A DNA stretch of 64,000 nt from positions 32,001-96,000 of the forward strand of contig CAWFFH010000008.1 of NCBI GenBank assembly GCA_963815095.1, in the 5' to 3' direction. Under the pieces are notes generated by a model. It made no database searches and was not told the DNA's origin. It saw only the letters and a list, made by a program, of their open reading frames with translations. Positions 56,911-64,000 of the stretch are shown here, piece after piece. The stretch's first letter is position 1. The number at the start of each line of letters is the position of its first letter. The DNA comes from Candidatus Bathyarchaeota archaeon. Its GTDB lineage: Archaea; Thermoproteota; Bathyarchaeia; Bathyarchaeales; Bathycorpusculaceae. The translations under genes and the position numbers were made by a program.

Positions 56911-57058
56911 ATTTCGTATATCATATCGGGAATTAGAGAGATTTGGGAATAATGTTTTTATTCAAAGTGTTCATTCTCGTTATGAAATCAGAATTAATCA
57001 AGTCAAAAACAAAAACTCGGCGTCATCTTACTTTATAAGGGGGTTATGAGGGAAAATC

Positions 57059-58630
57059 ATGGATAAAGCAACGGAAATGGGTAAGACTTCAGCTATTGAT
57101 AGCTTACAATTGTTCCTTGGCACATCGATTTCTACTATAATTCGGGCGGTAGGAGCGATAGTACTTGGAATATTCATTCTTCCAGGAGACTATGGATTAT
57201 ATGTTGTTGCATTGATTCCAACAACAACTTTGCTCTATTCCAGGATTGGGGTATAGGTTCCGCTTTGACAAGACACATCGCCAAATACAGAGCGACAAAT
57301 GAAGCAGCGGAACAGCGGAAAGTAATAATTGCTGGATTAATCTTTCGCTTGTAACAGGTTTGGTTTTAACTGTTGTCTCATTTTTTAGCTAATTTCTTTG
57401 CATAACGTCTATAAAAAACCGGCATCTGCTTTCTTGATGACTCTTGCTTCAGTCACATTCTTTCAGGAGCAATATCACTGGGTGTAGCAAGTGTGTTTAC
57501 AGGTTTTGAGCAGATGAAGCTCAACAGTTACTTAGCTGTTATCTTATGCAATAGTGTAAAGTTTATTGGCTCCTTTATTAGTATTTTTGGGTATGGCGCC
57601 ACGGGTGCTATAATTGGTTATACTTCAGCTTCGGTGGTTCAAGGAGTAATTTCATTGATCTTCCTCTATTTCTTTATATTCAGAAAACTTCCTGTCTATA
57701 AAATAAACAAGTCTGAAATAATTCAAACACTAAAGTCATTACTAAGCTATGGGGTTCCTTTAGGAATAGGTGCCATCGTAGGCAATTTAGGCGGTCCAGA
57801 TTTTCTCTTTTCTTATGGCTTCATACGTTAATGAAGTGATGATAGGAAATTACAAAATTGCAGCTAATTTTATAATTCTTTTGAGTTTTCTTACAGTTCC
57901 CATCAGTACCGTTTTGTTTCCTGCATTCTCCAAATTGGATCCCCGAAAGGAGAAAAGTCTTCTTAAAACCGTATTTGCCTCATCCGTTAAGTATACAGTT
58001 CTTCTTTTGGTTCCCGCCGCTATGGCTATGGTTGTCCTTGCAACACCACTTATCGGAACACTTTATGGAAACAAATGGTCCTTCGCTCCGCCTTTTCTCG
58101 CTGTTAAGGTAGTGTTTTATTTGCTCTCGCTTTTCGGTTTGCGCAGTATGGGTAGCCTCTTATAGGCGATGGGCGAAACAAGACTGTTAATGGACAAAGT
58201 GTTCTGCTAGTCTTATCTTAGGGATTCCTGTGGCTTTTCTTTTAGTTCCTTCCATAGGAATAATTGGGATGATAATCGGTCTCCAAGTCGCAGCTTTGCC
58301 AAGCACATTCATCGGACTATATTAAATATGGAAACACTATGGAGCCAAAGCCGATTTTGGTGCTTCAGCAAAAATCCTTCTTGCATCTTTTCTTGCTGCA
58401 GGACCGTTTATCTTTTCCTTCCTTTTTTATCCGCTGCCTTTTGGGTCTTATTAATTGCGGGTTTAATTCTATTTTTGGTGGTTTATCTAATTTCTGCTCC
58501 ATTAGTTGGTGCAATCAATCAATCAGATGTTAACAATCTTAAAACAATGTTTTCCAGTTTGGGTCATAATATCAAGACTACTGAGAATACCGTTGAGGAT
58601 AATGGAAAAACTATAAAAATACGCAACTAA
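57059..58630 (+). pseudogene. Oligosaccharide flippase (Wzx/MOP family), multiply frameshifted
   Basis: SLQLFLG..ST; PGDYGLY; DWGIGSAL; LLSYGVPL; IGNYKIA; VLFPAFS; LIGTLYG. Confidence 0.85.
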
Positions 58631-58945
58631 AACCCGGAAGAAAGTCGATAATGTGACTTTTTTTTTCGCTGTAGTTGACTTTATTTCCAATTTTGAAAAT
58701 TTGAAAAACTTTAACACTTTTTTAACTTCCTCAAATACTACTCCATTTCAATAAATATGCACATCAAAATACAGTTCCTTCTACTATACTTGAGACTTTA
58801 AAATTTGTCTGAATTTTGCTTATCATTCGAGATTTTCTTTTCTTTTTAATTTAAATATCGAAATGTGTAAAGAGATATTTTTTTTCTTTTCTATAATTAT
58901 TAATAAATTTTGAAAAAAAAAAAGAAAGGTTGAAATGATTCTACG

Positions 58946-60651
58946 TTAAGGGTTAACGTAGAATGTTGTGTCTGAAAGCCATGCGTAAGTGTTGTCGGTT
59001 AGACTGCGAGCATCAAACCATGGAACCATTGAACTAATCTGCACTGGATTGACAGAGTGAACACCGTAATTGCCTGCTGCACCGTTCGTGACATATGTGT
59101 AGTATGTTGTTGGAACGTAAATATCCCATGTCAGTAATGTCCAACCGTTACCCCATGGAAGACGTGCTACGCCAGCCATGTTCTCGACATCATTGGGGTG
59201 TCCTGCCTGATGGCCAACAGCGTCAATGGTGGCTATTCCGTAACCTTGTGAGCTTTGGATGTAGAAATCCATTCCAATTCGTGCCCCAGCACAAAGATCA
59301 CTGCTTGCGTAAGAAGCAGTTTTTACCCATGCTGAAAACACAATGTGGTCTCCTGGTCGTACTTTTATCCATGCTCCGTCTACTTCTCTTGATCCTCTAA
59401 CGTAGTCTGGTCCTACTTTGATGCTCGGATTTCCGTTGTGTAATGTGTTGTAGTCAAGTGAAGCGTAAGAAGAAGCGGCGCCTTTCATGTCCGGATAGAA
59501 CACACTAAGCGGCATCAAATTAGGAGACGATGAGCCAGTTTGTGTTTGGGGGTTGTTTGTTGGTGTTGGTGTGGGTGTAGGTGTTTGGTGTTTGTGTTTG
59601 AGTTTGGGATTGGGTTGCTGATTGGTAGATTGTTATTTCTACTATGTGGGCTGCTAAGTTTGCTGTGTTGCCGGTTACGGTTATTTTGACGTATTTTGCT
59701 GTTGTTGGGTTGAATGTGTCTGTGACTGTGCTGGCTCCGGTTTTGGTTGATACTATTGTGTTCCAGTTTGAGCCGTCGGTTGATGCTTGTATGTTGTAGG
59801 TGTATGTTCTTGAGTCGCCGTCGTAGAAGTGGGTGGTGATTTGGCTGATGGTGGTTTGTGTTCCTAGGTTGAGTTGTAGCCATTGTGGTAGTTTGCCGGG
59901 TAATCATGGCGTTTGTTCCCCAGTAATTCCAGGTTGTGTCATCTCCGTCTATGGCTATGTTTGGTGTGTGGGTGCTGTCGTATGAGGAGGCGGTTACGCT
60001 TGACACTTCAACTTGGCTAGATGAAGTCGATTGTGTTTGGGGGTTGTTTGTTGGTGTTGGTGTGGGTGTAGGTGTTTGGGTTTGTGTTTGGGTTTGGGTT
60101 TGGGTTGCTGATTGGTAGACTGTTATTTCTACTATGTGGGCTGCTAAGTTTGCTGTGTTGCCGGTTACGGTTATTTTGACGTATTTTGCTGTTGTTGGGT
60201 TGAATGTGTCTGTGACTGTGTTGGCTCCGGTTTTGGTTGATACTATTGTGTTCCAGTTTGAGCCGTCGGTTGATGCTTGTATGTTGTAGGTGTATGTTCT
60301 TGAGTCGCCGTCGTAGAAGTGGGTGGTGATTTGGCTGATGGTGGTTTGTGTTCCTAGGTTGAGTTGTAGCCATTGTGGTAGTTTGGTAATCATGGCGTTT
60401 GTTCCCCAGTAATTCCAGGTTGTGTCATCTCCGTCTATGGCTATGTTTGGTGTGTGGGTGCTGTCGTATGAGGAGGCGGTTACGCTTGACACTTCAACTT
60501 GATTCAATGAATTTGCTGCTTGGACTGCGCTTGATGAGACCGCTAATAGTATACTTATGACGAAAAGTGCGCTGATGAATAGAGCTGTTGGTTTTGAGAG
60601 TTTTCTAAGGCTAATTGAGTGCTGCTTTTTCTTTAAGTTAGTTGTTTTCAC
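58946..60651 (-). pseudogene. Secreted protein: signal peptide + 2x discoidin (F5/8 type C/CBM32-like) domains + Pro/Thr/Gln linkers + C-terminal ...YVNP domain; frameshifted
   Basis: TASS..P..AIDGD...W...PQWLQLNLG...STDGSNW...AKYVKI. The second linker reads TQTGSSSPNLMPLSVF directly into ORF 58946-59518. Confidence 0.82.
59540..60500. repeat. Near-identical internal tandem duplication (~470-bp unit x2)
   Basis: 59540-60014 and 60031-60500 differ by only a few substitutions and small indels. Confidence 0.92.
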
Positions 60652-61038
60652 TTTATTTTCTCTCTTCCTGAGTTTTTGAGCTTATTTAGAATTGATCTAT
60701 TTTATAGTTTTTTGAAAAATCTACTAACGTCGATTGTCAATTTCAATCTAAGTTTGCAAAGTCAAGTTAACACAGTTTGTGAAGTGCAGCTAGATCATGC
60801 TTTAAAAGAAAGGTTGCAGATTTTGTATAATTAGAAAAAGCACTACATCTTTAACAACTTTATTTTCAATGCAACACGACATTTGAGTATCGTTAAAAAG
60901 TAAGGCGTATATTCCAATAGCGCTGCGTCGCCCATGATTGCTTTTCTTGTCTTTATTTTTTAGTATTTTCGAAATATTATATTCACATAGTACTATTCGA
61001 AAGGTCTATGAGTTTCATTCGTAAATTAAGCGTAGAGG

Positions 61039-61533
61039 ATGCCAAGTTTGATAACAAAAATTCTTGTGGGCGTAGATGGTTCAGAAAATTCGGAAAAAGC
61101 GTTAAATTACGCGCTTGAAGTCGCCGAAAAGTTTTCAGCATCCGTTTTCGTAATCAATGTTTTTCAGCTGCCTCCAGAGTTTGAATATCAACCGGCAATG
61201 GGGCAACAGTTTCCCACGTCCGGGTCCTCTCAAGAGCAAATGGGTAATCAGTCAAACGCGGTCTCTTTTATTAACGATCTTCGAAGAATACATGAGGCGG
61301 TTTTGGTCAGATCTATTGAAAAAGCCACTAACCTAAAGCCTAATCTTGAAATTACATCTGAACTCAAGGAAGGAGACGCAGCATCGCAGATAGTTGAAAC
61401 TGCTACAAACGGTCAATTTGACCTGATAGTTTTAGGTCATCGAGGGAATAGTAAAATCAGTGAATTCTTTTTGGGTAGCACAAGCGAAAAGGTTGCTCAT
61501 ACGGCGAAATGTCCGGTGTTAATTACTAAATGA
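61039..61533 (+). CDS. Universal stress protein (USP family)
   Basis: KILVGVDGSENS, DLIVLGHRG, FLGSTSEKVAH.AKCPVL. Confidence 0.93.
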   Translation: MPSLITKILVGVDGSENSEKALNYALEVAEKFSASVFVINVFQLPPEFEYQPAMGQQFPTSGSSQEQMGNQSNAVSFINDLRRIHEAVLVRSIEKATNLKPNLEITSELKEGDAASQIVETATNGQFDLIVLGHRGNSKISEFFLGSTSEKVAHTAKCPVLITK

Positions 61534-61802
61534 AACTTTCATTTCTAAGAAGATTCGGATAAAGCCTAAGCTTCAAGTCGCGTACCTGTCAGGATCTTCT
61601 TAATTGTTACCTAACAATATTAGTAAAATTGTTGCAAATAAATCTGGAATACTTGCTTTGGGCAAAGAAGAATAAGGTTTAAATAATAAACTCAAAACTT
61701 TCAGTTTTAAGGTTGAAATAATACATTTAATAGCAATTAGGGTAATTAGGGTAATTAATAAAATCACAAAACCACAAAGATCGGAGGAGTGTGCATTTTG
61801 GA

Positions 61803-62442
61803 TTGTCTAAAATCTTAACGCCCAACGAATCAATAAAAGACGATATAGTCAAAACTTGTGCGAGAGCAAAAACCTGCAACAACAAGCCAACTAATAGGAC
61901 TTATCCAAAGTGCAACTAACCTGTCCGAAAAAGAAATTATCAATCTGCTTAATCAACTTGAAGCGGAAGACAAAATTCACTTCAACCTAAGACCAGAAGC
62001 AACTTCTTTTTCATTTGGATCCTACCTTTTTTCATCCAAGTCATCGTGGTATTGGACTATAATAGTAGTTGCTTTAGTTACAACTTTAACAGTTTTTGTT
62101 GTTCCTCAAGATTGGTATCCTTTGGTGTATGTTCGCAATTTTCTTGGGGTGGTGTTTGTGTTGTTTTTGCCTGGGTATGCTTTTGTAAAGGCCTTTTTCC
62201 AAAAGAAGGTTCCATTCAAGACGTCTTCAGAAAGTTTCGATAATATCGAACGTGTGGTTTTGAGTATTGGATTGAGTTTAGCCCTCTCGCCCATTGTAAG
62301 TTTGGTATTCTATTACACTCCTCTTGGTATGGGTCTTATCCCAATAACTTTGAGTTTGTTGGCTTTGATTTCGTTTTTTGCTACTGTAGCCGTAGCTCGA
62401 GAATACCTATCAAAATCGAATAGTATTCAACGAATTTATTGA
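61803..62442 (+). CDS. DUF1616-like membrane protein with N-terminal helical domain (possible frameshift near 61852)
   Basis: RNFLG..FVLFLPGYAF, ERVVLSIGLSLAL, TPLG. Confidence 0.7.
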
Positions 62443-62521
62443 TAACTTCAAGATGCTTTTTTGTGCAAATTTTTATAAGAACACATCCCCCTTTAGTTTC
62501 AAAACATAGGAAACAAATCTT

Positions 62522-62770
62522 ATGGTTGCATCCCTAAAACTGATTTTTGTAAAAGTTGTTGGAGAATTTCTTTTCTTATTTGGCTTGTTAGCATGGATCT
62601 ACGGAGTACTCATCCAGCTAATCCATCCTGAATGGCTACCTCTTAGTCTATCTCATCTTGTAATGTGGATTCGTGTAGACACTTTTACAATATTAAGCTT
62701 CATTGTTGCTGCTTTTGGTTTCCTTGTATGGAGGATTGCTGAAGAGCTGTTGAGATTAAATAGAAAATAG
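62522..62770 (+). CDS. Small two-TM membrane protein
   Basis: Hydrophobic 82-aa ORF with an HPEW..LSH..IRVD loop. Confidence 0.55.
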   Translation: MVASLKLIFVKVVGEFLFLFGLLAWIYGVLIQLIHPEWLPLSLSHLVMWIRVDTFTILSFIVAAFGFLVWRIAEELLRLNRK

Positions 62771-62908
62771 TGATGTCTACCAAAGTTAATTGGAAAATTG
62801 TGCGTTGCTAAGGGAAAAAACACTAACGAATACATTCTTAGTGGGAATAAACTTTAAAAATAGGTTCGAGTCTTAAGATGCAATAAAGTTAAATAAAGGT
62901 ATCTCAAA

Positions 62909-64000
62909 ATGAAGAAAAAAATATCCTTACTAGCTATTTCGTTCTTAACTATCATTACATTGGTTATTTCAATGAACGCCCTCAATGTGGCATCAGCGAC
63001 CGTAATCTTAAGTGATAATTTCCATAGCGGCAATTTGGATGCTTGGAGCCAATTCCAACCACCGACCACGCTTGCTATAAGTAGTGCGGTCACAAACAAC
63101 GGTGAACCTTACAGTGTGGAGGTTACAATTTCCGCAGGTTCAGATAACAATATAGCTTATCAACCGTTACCCCAAGTTACAAATCCAATACATTTCAGAG
63201 AGTACGTTTACATAAGTTCTATAGCAACACCTTCGACTAGTGGCGATTACTATCAAGTTGGCGGCTTTTCTAGCAGTGGCGGCGCAAACAATGGTGATGG
63301 AGAATTAATAGTGACTAATGTCGATGGAACACTCTATTGGGGAATGTTCTATCGTGACGCTACTGGTGGCATCAATCCCTTAGGTTTTAGCAGGGTAATA
63401 AGCTCTACTAATACTACAGGAAATGCACGACCAGTTACAGTTGGATGGACTTGTTTGGAGTTAGAACAAACTACTGGAACTGCAGGACAGCAAAACGGTA
63501 TAGAAAAATTATATGTGAATGGACAACTAATTGCAGAGATAACAAATGCGTTAAATGGTGATAGAACTCCGTATAATGCGGTTATCGGTGGAAGCCAAAC
63601 TGTCACTAGCCTAGTCGGTGGCACATTGAAATATTATCTTGCAGACGTAATTGTCAGCGATAGTTACATAGGATTAAATCAAAACGCCTTAACTTTAATT
63701 ACTAACGCAGGCACAGTGACTCCATCTAACGGCTCATCTTACGCTCAAGGTCAAGAAGTAACAATTACTGCAACTCCACCAACGACTGTAGCGGGTGAAC
63801 GGTACATTTTTACTGGTTGGACTGGTTCTGGTATTGGCAGTTATTCAGGACCTAATAATCCTGCTATAGTTACGATGAACAGCCCAATTACTGAAACAGC
63901 CACGTGGGAACATCAGTATCAGTTAACTATAGTTTCTCCTCAGGGTACCGTTACTGGCAACAATACTTGGTATGACGTTGGTACTACTGCGACTGCTACG
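62909..64000 (+). CDS. Large secreted/surface protein (LamG-like N-domain + InlB-B/Flg_new-type repeats), partial
   Basis: Open from MKKKISLLAISF to the window end: signal peptide, DNFHSGNLDAW, WTCLEL, LYVNG, FTGWTGSG.GSYSG, W..QY.LT. Absent from the ORF track because it has no stop. Confidence 0.8.
   Translation, partial: MKKKISLLAISFLTIITLVISMNALNVASATVILSDNFHSGNLDAWSQFQPPTTLAISSAVTNNGEPYSVEVTISAGSDNNIAYQPLPQVTNPIHFREYVYISSIATPSTSGDYYQVGGFSSSGGANNGDGELIVTNVDGTLYWGMFYRDATGGINPLGFSRVISSTNTTGNARPVTVGWTCLELEQTTGTAGQQNGIEKLYVNGQLIAEITNALNGDRTPYNAVIGGSQTVTSLVGGTLKYYLADVIVSDSYIGLNQNALTLITNAGTVTPSNGSSYAQGQEVTITATPPTTVAGERYIFTGWTGSGIGSYSGPNNPAIVTMNSPITETATWEHQYQLTIVSPQGTVTGNNTWYDVGTTATAT

Noticed and set aside
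58163-58165. In-frame TAG in the flippase (GSLL*AMGETRLL) as pyrrolysine or readthrough
   Set aside because: A single case in the most error-rich gene, with no pyl genes visible. A base-call error or nonsense mutation is simpler.
59515-60373. His/Gln/Asn-rich proteins (ORF 60017-60373 and the tail of 59515-60651)
   Set aside because: Off-frame readings of the A/C-rich discoidin repeat, caused by compositional bias and a frameshift.
59540-60500. DGR template/variable repeat pair
   Set aside because: No reverse transcriptase; the differences are few and include indels rather than adenine-specific changes; both copies lie in one gene.
61735-61757. TTAGGG-containing 9-bp tandem (aattagggt x2) as a telomere-like or functional repeat
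   Set aside because: Only two copies in AT-rich intergenic DNA; compatible with chance or slippage.
1-64000. tRNA, rRNA, integrase or transposase genes bounding the island
   Set aside because: None recognisable by eye. A tRNAscan-SE/Infernal run would be needed to exclude small RNAs.

Overview
Archaeal genomic window, most likely Bathyarchaeia or another TACK lineage. Support: ribosomal protein S30e, GatDE, Elp3, Rio2, an Sm protein, and Bathyarchaeia-style secreted proteins. Positions 1-14.5 kb are intact housekeeping DNA: an HTH-CBS regulator divergent from a metY-metX-metW operon (with a perfect palindromic operator candidate between them), rps30e (missed by the ORF track), elp3, gatD, gatE, two paralogous winged-helix-like genes, Sm, rio2, pyrI and a MazG-like gene. 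From about 14.6 to 60.7 kb lies a ~46 kb, more AT-rich surface-glycan island. It encodes many GT2/GT4 glycosyltransferases, two GT-C-like membrane proteins, a flippase and an unusually rich tailoring set: divergent ComA and ComB plus an ATP-grasp ligase, PIG-L and NodB-type deacetylases, a DegT aminotransferase, three APH-type kinases, three Fem/GNAT-fold proteins, four SAM methyltransferases and an LbH acyltransferase. The best candidate for an undescribed system is the comA-comB-ATP-grasp-deacetylase cassette. It suggests that coenzyme M-pathway enzymes were redeployed to make sulfolactate for amide-linking onto glycan amines; this is inference. From ~26.1 kb onward most genes are broken by small indels, often in homopolymers, probably unpolished long-read errors in a strain-variable island, although decay or phase variation cannot be excluded. 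The window ends with USP, a DUF1616-like gene and a large secreted protein that runs off the edge. All family calls are from motif recognition by eye; no database searches were run.
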